From Felis catus (lineage: Eukaryota), in assembly GCF_018350175.1 (NCBI RefSeq), contig NC_058383.1, forward strand, positions 3,100,001 to 3,164,000: a stretch of DNA of 64,000 bases, in the 5' to 3' direction. The notes under the pieces are model-generated. The model made no database searches and had not been told where the DNA came from. It worked only from the letters and a program-made list of their open reading frames with translations. This document shows positions 53,300 to 64,000 of the stretch, one piece after another. The position numbers and the translations under genes are program-made. Every line of letters begins with the position of its first letter. The stretch's first letter is position 1.

Positions 53300-53521
53300 T
53301 TTTTTTTTTTAGTTTATTTATTTTGAGAGAGAGAGAGAGAGAAAGAGAGAATGTGTGTGAGTGAGCTGGGGGAAGGGCAGAGAGAGAGAGAGAAAGAGAG
53401 AGGATCCCAAACAGGCTCTGCGTTGACAGCCCCAATGTGGGGCTCGATCCCACGAACCATAAGATCACGACCTGAGCCGGAGTCAACAGTTGGATGCTTA
53501 ACTGACTGAGCCCCCAGAAAC
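53300..53521 (-). mobile_element. CanSINE, next to a MER5-like relic (~53110-53215)
   Basis: Antisense SINE with (GA)n tracts; upstream gattctgattc...gggcccgggaatctacattttta. Confidence 0.88.
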
Positions 53522-56127
53522 CTTGCAAATCATTTCTTTTAGGAAAAGTTAACAGACACACGTACAGACATACAAGCACACCCTGTAATGATAGGCATTT
53601 CACTGCTCTGGTCTCTCTGTGTCTTGCTCATCAGCCAAACTCTGAAACTGTTTCAGTAGGCAGATCCTTCACCCAAGAAAGCAGGCCCAGAGGTGGCTGT
53701 TCCGCATGTTAGAGTCAGAGGGACGCTGTGCCATGCAGCTTTTCTGTAGTACTGTGGAACTCACACTTCGCTGATGACGAAGAATATTACCGGCACATAA
53801 TCTTAGAGTCGTTAGAACCTAGCTCTCTTCCAAGGCAGTGTGGTCTGTTCTAGCTGCTTCACACAAGTCAAATGGTGTTTCCCTCAAAGAGCCTACATTC
53901 CAAACATACCTGTGGGAAGACGGGAAATTGATTCTGTCCTTATAGTAGGACTTAACTATTCCTTTTCATGATTAGGGAAATTACTCAAAATGCCTGCTTG
54001 TTGTGATACGTCACGTAAATACCGAAGAATATAAGTCAGCGGGGTAAGTCCCCCAAATGCTACTTTCTGTAGACAATTACAAGCATTTTGTCACATGTCC
54101 ACTCTCTTTATGTATGTTGTTGTTATTGAGATCCTACTTGATCAACTTTTGTAAACATTTTCAAACTAAGATTGTATCATAGACATTTTCATTCATCAAT
54201 CAAGAACTGGGTAAAAAATCATTGTAATGGCCAAATAATAGTTTGTCATATTTAGATGTGAGGTCTAGACTTAGATGTGAGTATCCTTGCAAAATCAGAG
54301 GTATAAAACATGGAGATGTGTTCCAATGCATTATGTGTTTCGACTAAGCGTATTTAATTGCAGTTTCTGTCATGTATACGCTTCCCGATTTCCTTTGTAA
54401 AATGTGTTTATTAATCTGAGTAATATAAACAGAGAAGCAGATATGAGGCAGTAGCCAGTATATGCAGTGGGGACACTGTGGAAGATTGGCACTAACCCCC
54501 AGACGTTACCACTGAAATTGCCTTCTCTTGGTTCTTCGGTGACAGCCCCGTTATCAAAGCTAATGGACGGTTTCCACTTTTTACCTCAATTGCCTTCTGC
54601 AGTATCTCGAACCGTTGCCACTTTCACCTTTCCCACATATCTCTTCTGACTTCTCAACATTATTCTTTTGTGTGTCTTCCTTTGTTTCTCTCCATTACTT
54701 TCCTGACTTGTCGCCAAAATGTTGGTGTCCGTGCGCATTCTCAATTTGAGCCTCCTTTTTCCATTCAGACCAGTCTCCCTGGGTTCTTCCTTCTTGCTCT
54801 CATGTCCTTAACTGCCTCTTAGGGACACAAGGGCCTCAGTCACATCCTACCCTCTTCTCTCTGCCTTGGGACTCACAAATAACACGTGCCTTTCATTGTG
54901 GTCCTGGTTCCAATCCATCCTCTTGGCCAGCCTTCTCACTGCAGATGCCTCAGGTAACAGGATCTCTGTTTATGCAGATTGTGCGACACGCCCACACATT
55001 GGCTGAGCCTGCCTCCTTGGGGGCATAGACAGCGAGTGAGTGATGATCAAATGACTGATGGGATCACAGGCCAGTGATGATGAAAATCCTCCCTCACTGA
55101 TTCCAGCGTAATTCTTATTTTCTTGACCTAGGACTGGGTGTTGATGCTCCGAAATATGTAGCCCAACTTTCTTTTTCTCAGAGAGCATACTTTTCTCTCT
55201 TCCTTTGCATCGTCGTCATCTGGATTTAAGGGTATTCAAAAATTCTTCCTTCCCAGGTGCTAACTTATAAAACAACATTAAATACGTTATTTTGTGTTTA
55301 ATACAAAATAACAGATTTAATTATTTCATAACATTGATTGTCTAATTGTTATATTAAATAGTTTATTGAATTTAGTCTAATTGTTTATTAGAGACTGAAA
55401 TGTAATTATAAAAACTGATTCACTGTAAACGACGGGCTTTTCATTGTTTGTGATACCACAGGGTGTCGACACCAGTAGCTAGGAGACTTCTAATACTTAC
55501 CGTTGCAATTCCTAAAAGAAAACATAAATAACATGGCATGTGCAATAAATTCCTGTTGTATATAGAACAGCTGCGCTGACTGAAGCTGTAGTTTAGAAAT
55601 CCTCTGAGGACCTTGAAGGGATGTATTCTCTCTGGTTTTTGAATAAGAATTGCAATGTGAAAGAAACCTTTTATTTTCTAGATTTTCTTTCTCTAGGTGT
55701 CTTTGACCAACTCTGATAACAAAGCTAGGTGGACTGAATGAAGGGAATGTCAACCATTCCTTGTTAGGTTCTTTCTGTTACCTTTGGAAAATAGCAATAG
55801 TGATTTTTGTACAAGGTGGTTTTTAAATTGCGTGTCTGTTAATTGTGAGAAAAGCCACGATACTGAAATTTGTGTCGTGCTAATTACTCCTTCCTTTCTT
55901 TCTGCTGTAATTCACAGTGTGTCCCTAGGGTGTCAGTCACTGATTTGGAACTTCTGGCGCTGCTTTTCCTCAGCAGTTGGGCTTCATCTTCATCTAATGG
56001 AATCGAGTGCTACTTGGCTAATGATACGGAGAACTGCTCTCCCGCTTTGCTGCATTAAGTGTTGACCTGAGATCTTAAAGTGCTTCTGTTTTTCCTTCCT
56101 AAGGCCACATGATAGTCACATACTTTA

Positions 56128-56438
56128 TTATTTTTTTTTAATTTTGAGACAGAGAGAGACAGAGCATGAATGGGGGAGGGCAGAGAGAGAGGGAGACACA
56201 GAATCGGAAACAGGCTCCAGGCTCCGAGCCATCAGCCCAGAGCCCGACGTGGGGCTCGAACTCACGGACCGCGCGATCGTGACCTGAGCTGAAGTCGGAC
56301 GCTCAACCGACTGAGCCACCCAGGTGCCCCGATATTCACATACTTTAAATCCATGCTTTTTCTTTTTTTTTAAATAATTTTTTTAATGTTTATTTATTTT
56401 TTAGAGAGACAGAGACAGGATGCAAGTGGGTTAGGAGC

Positions 56439-56469
<31 letters not shown>

Positions 56470-57063
56470 CACAGAATCCCAAGCAGGCTTCAGGCTCTGA
56501 GCTGTCAGCACAGAGCCTGACTTGGGACTCGAACTCCATGAGCTGTGAGATCATGACCTGAGCTGAAGTTGGACACTCAACTGACTGAGCCACCCAGGTG
56601 CCCCATACTTTTTTTTTTTTTTTAACTTTTTAAGGTTTATTTATTTTTAATTTTTTTTTCAACGTTTATTTATTTTTGGGACAGAGAGAGACAGAGCATA
56701 AACGGGGGAGGGGCAGAGAGAGAGGGAGACACAGAATCGGAAGCAGGCTCCAGGCTCTGAGCCATCAGCCCAGAGCCTGACGCGGGGCTCGAACTCACGG
56801 ACCGCGAGATCGTGACCTGGCTGAAGTCGGACGCTTAACCGACTGCGCCACCCAGGCGTCCCAAGGTTTATTTATTTTTGAGAGAAAGAGACCGTGTGTG
56901 ACCCGAAGATGGGCAGAGAGAGAGGGAGACACAGAATCCGAAACAGGCTCCAGGCTCTGAGCTATCAGCACAGAGCCCGACGCAGGGCCCCAACTCACAA
57001 GCTGTGAGATCATGACCTGAGCCCAAGTCGGACACCCAACTGGCTGAGCCCCCCAGGTGCCCC
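56128..57063 (-). mobile_element. Cluster of four co-oriented CanSINEs (56128-56330, ~56365-56605, 56649-56862, 56863-57063)
   Basis: TSD gata(g/t)tcacatacttta for copy 1 and aaggtttatttattttt for copy 3, which is nested in the tail of copy 4. Confidence 0.93.
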
Positions 57064-57299
57064 TCCACCCTTTTTCTTAAATGATTGTTGGCTTCTTAAT
57101 ATGCCCCGTACAGTTCTTTCTCAGTCGTTCCCTTCTGCCCTGAGCTAACAGATGAGGCAGCTAGGTTTTGTTCTTCTGAACTTGGTGTAAGTTCATAATT
57201 TATTCATTTCTTCTTCCTACTTCACTCCTATGTAGGTTTTTGTGTTGTTGTTCCTCTGGCGTTTCCATGTGCTAATGATCCTTGAATGTTATTTTGCTG

Positions 57300-60200
57300 A
57301 TCATTAGTCTGTGGAAAAGAAAGAAAAACTGTTGAAAGAATCTTCTCAATTCATGCCTCTGGAGAGATGGAGTGGACATACTTTTCCCTGTTCCTCCCTT
57401 CAGAGTACAGCTAAAGTCCCTGAACATTCTGTACAAAAAACATGTATGACCAGACTCTGAATGGTGGAGAGGAGGAGGCAGGCTGCCTAGAGGCCTTGAG
57501 ACTCCTTGAACGACACACGGTGGATTCCCTGAGATTATTCTTTGCCTCATATTCATTAGCCAGGATGCCAGAGAAGCCAAAAGCCCAGATGCCGACATGC
57601 ACAGAGAAAGAAAAAGCCTCCAAGAAACCCTGCTCTTTCTAGCTAAAGGACCATAGAAAGGGAGCGGCCTAGCAAGACAGAAACCTTTTCGACACTAACC
57701 GCCTTACTGCAGCAAAGGCCAAGTGAGGAGTCGAGACTCCAGTCCTGCTGACAGGCTGCCATGAGGTTCTCCACCCCCCACCCCTGACCAGAGCGCTAAA
57801 AAAGAAGTTGAGTGTGCAGCCAAGGCTTACATCCGTCTGGGGTGTAATGAGTTCCCTCCCTGTTTCAGAGGAGACCACGTGGGGAGCCTGGACTTTTGCT
57901 CACTCACACTTGGTGCTGTCACAGTGCCCTTCTCTCTTCTCACTGGGTCACGTCAGAGGAGGCCGAGGAGACTTTCACTTCCACCAGTGGTAACAAGGCT
58001 CCCCTCCCCCCCCCCCCAACAGTGTTAGGTATCAGCAGAGCCTGAACCTCCACCCCAACCCAGCCCTAATGAGGAGCCCACCACCCCCACACCTGAATGT
58101 CAGTGCGGGCCAGGTAGGAATCTTAGATTTCCACTCCCATCTGGCAGTATTGAGGGCAAGGCTACCCTTCATCTACCAAAGCGGTGACAGAAGAGGCTGG
58201 CTAAGGTTAGAGGAGTGAAGGAGCGTCCAGAATCTCCCAGCATGATATTCGAGATGCCGAGGTTTTCATTGAAAATCAGTGACCATAACAAGAACCAGGA
58301 GTATCTCAACTTGAATGACAGCAGGGTCAACAGACACTGACATGACACAGATTTTAGAAATATCTGACCAGCATTTTAAAGCAACATTCATAAAAGTGCT
58401 TCAATGAGCAGTTACAAACACACTAGAAATAGGGAGGGGTAGAAGGTCACATGAAAGTCTCAGCAAAGAAATACGAGAGAGGAAGTAGTACAGAATGAAC
58501 ATTTTAGAACTGAAAAACAGAATAATTTAAATTAAAAGGCATTTCAGTGGATAGGCTTAACAGCATAAAGGAGAGGAGAAGAGAAAAGAATCCAGGAATT
58601 GGAAGATAGAAATAGAACAACATAGAAAATAGACCAAAACAAAAATCCAAAATGAGAGCCCCAGAGACTACTGGGAATACAACAAAAAAAATGTAACATT
58701 TATGTTATCTGGATCAGAGAAGGAGAGAAGGAAGAGGGGTGGGGTTAAAAAAGTATTCAAATAAATGATGCTTGAAAATTTTCAAATTTGGCACAACACA
58801 TACCTACAATTTAAGAAGCTGAGTGAATTATGAATAGCATAAATCCAAAAAAAATACACACCAAGAAACATAATAAACTTCTGAAACTAAAGAAAAGGTC
58901 TTGAGAGCAGCCAAGGAGAACAGCACCTTACGTGTAGGGGAAAAACTGTGATGAGATTTCTCATTAGAAACCATGGAGATTATAAGAAGGTGGCGGAACA
59001 TTTTTCAAATACTGAAAGAAAAGAACCGTCAACCATTAATTCTATATCAGGTAAAACTATCTTTCAGGAATGAAGGGAAAGTTAAGCCATTTTCAGATGA
59101 AGGAAAAATAAGAGTGTGTATTGCTATAATACTTACCATTAAAGAGTAGCTAAAGTAAGCACTCCGAAAACAAGAAACGATAAAGGGAGAAAAAGGGATT
59201 GGGCGGAATCTTAGGACATCAGGAAGAAATAGCAGAGCAAAATGGATAAATACAATAGACTTCTCTTTCCATGGGAATTTTCTTTTTTCGTTTGAGTGTA
59301 GTTGACCCACAATGTTACATTATGTTCAAGTGTAAAACATAGTAATTCAGCAAGTTCATACATTATGCTCTGTTGACCCCAAGTGTAGCTACCATCTGTC
59401 ATCATACTAGCTTTACAACATCGTTGGCTCTATTCCCCATGCTGTGCCTTATACATTCCATAATGGGAAGCCTGTATCTCCCACTCTCCACCCATTTTTC
59501 CCACCCCTAGACCCCCTCTCCACTGGCAACCACCACTCTGTTCCCTGTATTAACTGGATTGATTCTGCCTTTTGTTTATTCATTTTTTTTTGATTCTACA
59601 TATGAGTGAAATCACATGGTATTATCTTTCTCAGCCTGATTTATTTCACTTCACATTATACCCTCTAGGTCCATCCATGTTGTCAAAAATGGCAAGATTT
59701 CTTCCTTTTTATGGTTGTGTAATATTCTTGTGTCTGTGTATAACAACTACTTTATACATTTATCAATGAACACTTAGGTTGTTTCCATATCTTGGGTATT
59801 ATAAATAATGCTGCAGTAAACATAGGGGTGCATACATTTTTTCAAATTAGTGTTTTTAATCTTCTTTTGGATAAATAATAATGGAATTATTGGATCATAT
59901 GGTATTTCTATTTTTAATTTTTTGAAGAATCTCCATACTGATTTTCACAGTGGCGGTGCCAATTTGCATTCCCACCAGTGGTGTATGAGGGTTCCTTTTT
60001 CTCCATATCCCTACCAACACTTATTTCTTGTCTTTTTTACGTTAGCCATCTAACAAGTATAAGGTGGTATCTCATTGTAGTTTTGATTTGTGTTTGCCTG
60101 ATGACTAGTGATATTGAACATCTTTTCATGTTTCTTGGCCATCTGTATGTCTTCTTCGGAAAAATGCCTTTTCATGTCCTCTGCCCATTTTTAAATGTTT

Positions 60201-63200
60201 ATTTTTCTTAATGTTTATTTTATTTATTTTTGAGAGAGAGAGAAAGCACCAGCAGGGGAGAGGCAGAGAGAGAGGGAGAAAGTCAATCCCAAGCAGGCTC
60301 TGTCAGAGCAGAGCCCAACATAGAGCTTGAACTCACGAACCATGAGATCATGACCTGAGCCAAAATCAAGAGTCGAATGCTTAACTGACTGAGCCACCCA
60401 GGCACCCCAGGTCCTTTGCCCATTTTTAAAAAGTATTGTTTGGGGCGCCTGGGTGTCTCAGCCGGTTGGGCGTCCGACTTCGGCTCAGGTCATGATCTTG
60501 CGGTCCGTGAGTTCAAGCCCCGCGTCAGGCTCTGTGCTGACAGCTCAGAGCCTGGAGCCTGTTTCAGATTCTGTGTCTCCCTCTCTCTCTGACCCTCCCC
60601 TGTTCATGCTCTGTCTCTGTCTCAAAAATAAATAAACGTTAAAAAAAATTTTTTTTAAAAAGTATTGTTTGTTTTTAGCATTGAGTTAAGTTCTTTATAT
60701 AGTTTGGATATTAACCTCTTTTTGGATATATCATTTGCAAATATCTCCTTTAATAGGTTGCCTTTTGCTTTGCTGATGATTTCCTTTGCTGTGCAAAACC
60801 TTTATATTTTGATAGAGTCCCAATAGTTTATTTTTGCTTTTGTTTTCCTTACCTTAGGAGACCTATCTGGAAAAAAATGTTACAACAGCTGGTATCAGAG
60901 AAATTACTGCCTGTGTTCTCTTCTAGCTTTTTTATGGTTTCGGGTCTTACATTTAGTTCTTCAAATGCGTTTTGAGTTAATGTTTGTGTAAAGTGTTACA
61001 AAGTGGTCCAGTTTCATGTTTTTACATGTAGCTGTCCAGTTTTGCCAGCAAGACTGTTCCCAGAAAAGATTGAAGAGACTGTCTTTTCCACGCTGTACAT
61101 TCTTTCCTCCTTTGTCATAGTTTAACTGACCATATAATCACGTATTTATTTCTGGGCACTCTTTTTTTTCCTGTTGATCTACGTATCTGTTTTTGTGCCA
61201 GTACAAGCTGTTTTGATTATTACAGTTTTGTAGTATATGTTGAAATCTAGGATTGTGATAATTCCAGCTTTGTTTTTCATTCTCAAGAATGCTTTGGCTA
61301 CTCCGGGTCTTTTGTGGTTCCATATGAACTTTAGTATTATTTGTTCTAGTTTTGTGAAAAACGCTGTTGGTATTTTGATAGGGTTTGCACTGAATCTGTA
61401 GATTGCTGTGGGTAGTAAGAAAATTTTAAGAGTGTTAATTCTTCCAGTCCATGAGCATGGTATACCTTTCCGTTTGTTTGTGTCATCTTTGGTATTCTTC
61501 ATCAGTGTTTTTTTGTTGTCAGAGTCCAGGTCTTTTACCTCTTTGGTTAATTTTATTCCTAGGCACTTTATTCTTTTTGGTACAGTTGTAAATGATACTG
61601 TTTTCTTAATCACTCTTACTGCTTTTTTATGAATATATAGAAATGGTACTGATTTCTGGATATTGATTTTGTATCATTCAATTTTACTGAACTCATTACT
61701 TCTAGTAGTCTTTTCGTGGGGTCTGTTGGATTTTCTATGTATAATATCATGTCATCTGCTAATAGTGACAGTTTAACTTCTTCTTTACCAACATGGATGC
61801 CTCTTATTTCTGTCTCTTGTCTGATTGCTGTGGCTAGGACGTCCAGTACTATGTTGAATCAAAATGGTGAGGATGAGCTTCCTTGTCTTGTTCTTGATCT
61901 TAGAGGAAAAGCTGTCAGTATTTTTTACCATGGGGGTTGGATGTTAGCTACAGGTTTTCCACATATGGCCTTTATTGAGTTGAGGTATGTTCTCTCTAAG
62001 TTCACTTTGTTGACAGTTTTTTTTCATGCGTGGATGTCGAATTCTGTCAAATGCGTTTTCTGCATCTGTTGAGATGGTCATATGATTTTCATCCTTAGTT
62101 TTGCTGATGTGGTGTATCACGTTGATTTGCAAATATTGTACCTTCCTTGCATCCCTGGGATAAATTTCACTTGATCCTGGTGAATGATCTTTTTGTATGT
62201 GTTTGCTTATATTTTGTTGAGGACTTCTTCATCTGTGTTCAGCAGGGATATTGGCCAGTACATTTCTTTTCTTGTGGTGCTTTTGCCTGGTTTTGGTATC
62301 CGGGTAATGCTGGCTTCATAGGATATATTTTGGAAGTTTTCTTCCTTTTCTGTTTTCTGGAATAGTTTGAGCATCCTTGTGAATTATCTAAATTATGTTT
62401 AATGGTTGGAGGAAAAAGTATAACACCGCAAAATGCTTATAGGCAATGTAGGGGAAATGTTTACGACAAACATTATACATGGGGTAGGATAAGGAATTTA
62501 AAGTGAGGTAAGGTTTCTGTACTTCACCCAAACTGGTAAAATGTTGACTATAATACACCATGATAAGTTAAGTGGATAAAATGTAAGACATAGAACAACC
62601 ACTAAAAAGCTATACAAAACAATACACTCAAAAACACTACATACATCAAAATAAATTTCCAAAAATATTCAAGTAACATTTAAGGGGGCAGAAAAAGAAA
62701 TCAGAGAAAATTTTTAAAACACAGAGAAAACAAACAGCGAACAAAAAATAAATGGTAGGCTTAAGCCCTGAAATATCCATGATTACAGTAAGTATAAATG
62801 GTTAACATATACCCATGAAAAGACAAAGAATTGGTAGTGTAATAAAAAAAAAAAGTCGTGACCCAGTTATATAGTTTACAATAAACTAACTTCAAAATAA
62901 TTATGTAGGTACATTGAAAGTAAAAGGACCTAAAAGATAGGCCGTACACACATAAATCAAAAGAATTCAGGACTGGCTAGATTAATACCTGCTAAAATAG
63001 AGTTTAGAGCAATGAAGATTACTGAAGACAAAGACATAATAAAGGGCCAGTCTACCAGGATGAGAGAGCAGTTCTAAATATGTATAACAATAGAGTAGCA
63101 AAATATGTGAAATAAACCTGATGGAAGTGAAAGAAATCATGGTCCACGCTTCCATTTGGAGACCCAAATATTAGCCCTCTCTCAGTATTAGAGCAACTAG

Positions 63201-64000
63201 TCAGGAAGTCAGCAAGGATTTGAATAACTCGGCCACACCATCAACCAGCAGGCTCTAATTGGTATTTATTTATAGTACTCTTCACTCAGCAACAGTTGAG
63301 GATGCATTCTTTTCAGCTCTCGTTAAACACATACCAAAACAGTCATTGTGCCAGGCCAAAAAGAAACCTTAACTAAGCATTTTAAATAACTGAAATCACA
63401 CAGAGTGTGTTCTCTCACCACAGTGGAATCAAATCAGACATTAATAACAGAAAGATAGCAAAAAAATGTCCAAACACTTGGAAACAATATACTTCAAAAT
63501 ATCCATGGGTCAAAGAAAGTACAAAACAAGTACTTTCAATGAAAATTAAAACATAACATAATGTACTTTGTGGGACACACCTAAAGCAGATTGAGGGAAG
63601 TTTATAGTATTAACTTCTTACATCAGAAAGGGAAGACAAATTTCAAATCCACCAAAGCTCTGACATTAAGACACGAGAAAAACGAGAGCAAAGTAAACCC
63701 AATGCAAGCAGAAGGAAGGAAAAGAACAAAGAAGGAAAGCAATGAAGTTGAAAACAGAAAAATAGAACAAATCAATGTAAGAAAAAGCTAATTAAAAAAA
63801 TCCATAAAATAGACCTCTAATGAAACCGACAGATGAGGGCACAGATTACCAATATCTGGACTGAAATGGGATGACTCTACAGGCAGTGCAGACATCAAGA
63901 GGAAAATAAGGGACCACTATGAATCACCCTGCATGCATAAATGTGACAGTTTAGATGAAATGAATCAGTTCCCCAGCAAGCACAAACTACTACAACTCAC
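57300..64000 (+). mobile_element. Old L1 (L1MC/MD-like): 5'UTR and ORF1 (~57300-59275), then spacer and ORF2 start (~62375-64000); split by a younger antisense L1
   Basis: ORF1 relic (aagaaccagg...ttcaggaatgaaggg) and ORF2 endonuclease relic (cacagtggaatcaaa; tgtgggacacacctaaagcag) run to the window end. Confidence 0.82.
59282..62372 (-). mobile_element. 5'-truncated carnivore L1 (ORF2 RT to C-terminus plus 3'UTR), carrying CanSINEs at 60195-60408 (-) and 60442-60656 (+)
   Basis: The minus ORF 61179-61613 gives L1 ORF2 ([14 protein letters not shown]...[10 protein letters not shown]...[13 protein letters not shown]...LKFIWN). The SINEs have TSDs gtcct(c/t)tgcccattttta and aaaaagtattgttt. Confidence 0.93.

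Noticed and set aside
53750..53850. Protein-like frame LWNSHFADDEEYYRHIILESLE
   Set aside because: No credible donor before the stop, and the downstream half resembles an ancient repeat relic.
24107..54288. U12-type donor-like motifs (GTATCCCT at 24107, GTATCCTT at 54281) and branch-like motifs (~21131, ~34121)
   Set aside because: About one to two such 8-mers are expected by chance per strand in 64 kb, and they cannot be tied to verified exons.
6172..60656. Recurrent near-identical ~200-bp units as a CRISPR array, tRNA genes or a novel repeat system
   Set aside because: They are dispersed tRNA-derived CanSINEs with A-tails and TSDs, with no repeat-spacer periodicity and no complete cloverleaf; the context is eukaryotic.
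43..63791. Short ORFs (60-184 aa) in the six-frame track as protein-coding genes
   Set aside because: They are low-complexity or TE-derived (SINE and L1 translations), many with non-ATG starts. None has a recognisable host domain; the only real homology is to L1 ORF2.
41180..64000. The two long plus-strand L1s as a local segmental duplication
   Set aside because: ORF1 relics are only moderately similar and the 5' regions and flanks differ, consistent with independent insertions of related old families.

Overview
This is mammalian genomic DNA, almost certainly from a felid. It carries over 20 tRNA-derived carnivore SINEs, several of the young SINEC_Fc type with intact target-site duplications. 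It reads as a large intron or gene-poor block. Much of it is decayed transposable elements: L1, L2, MIR, MaLR/ERVL LTRs, Tigger1 and MER46C/MER58/MER63 DNA transposons. These are separated by AT-rich, homeodomain/forkhead-motif-dense unique islands that resemble conserved non-coding enhancers. No ORF in the track encodes a recognisable host protein, and I cannot name a host gene; a few exon-like segments are reported at low confidence. The most notable observations are: a ~143-bp non-TE module duplicated 2.3 kb apart with paired forkhead sites kept in both copies; a ~450-bp GC-rich insertion splitting an old L1; local tracts where old L1 sequence has shifted strongly toward GC/CpG; and a four-box C/D-snoRNA-like motif. 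Repeat family names come from recalled consensus sequences, not a search, and boundaries of old elements are approximate.
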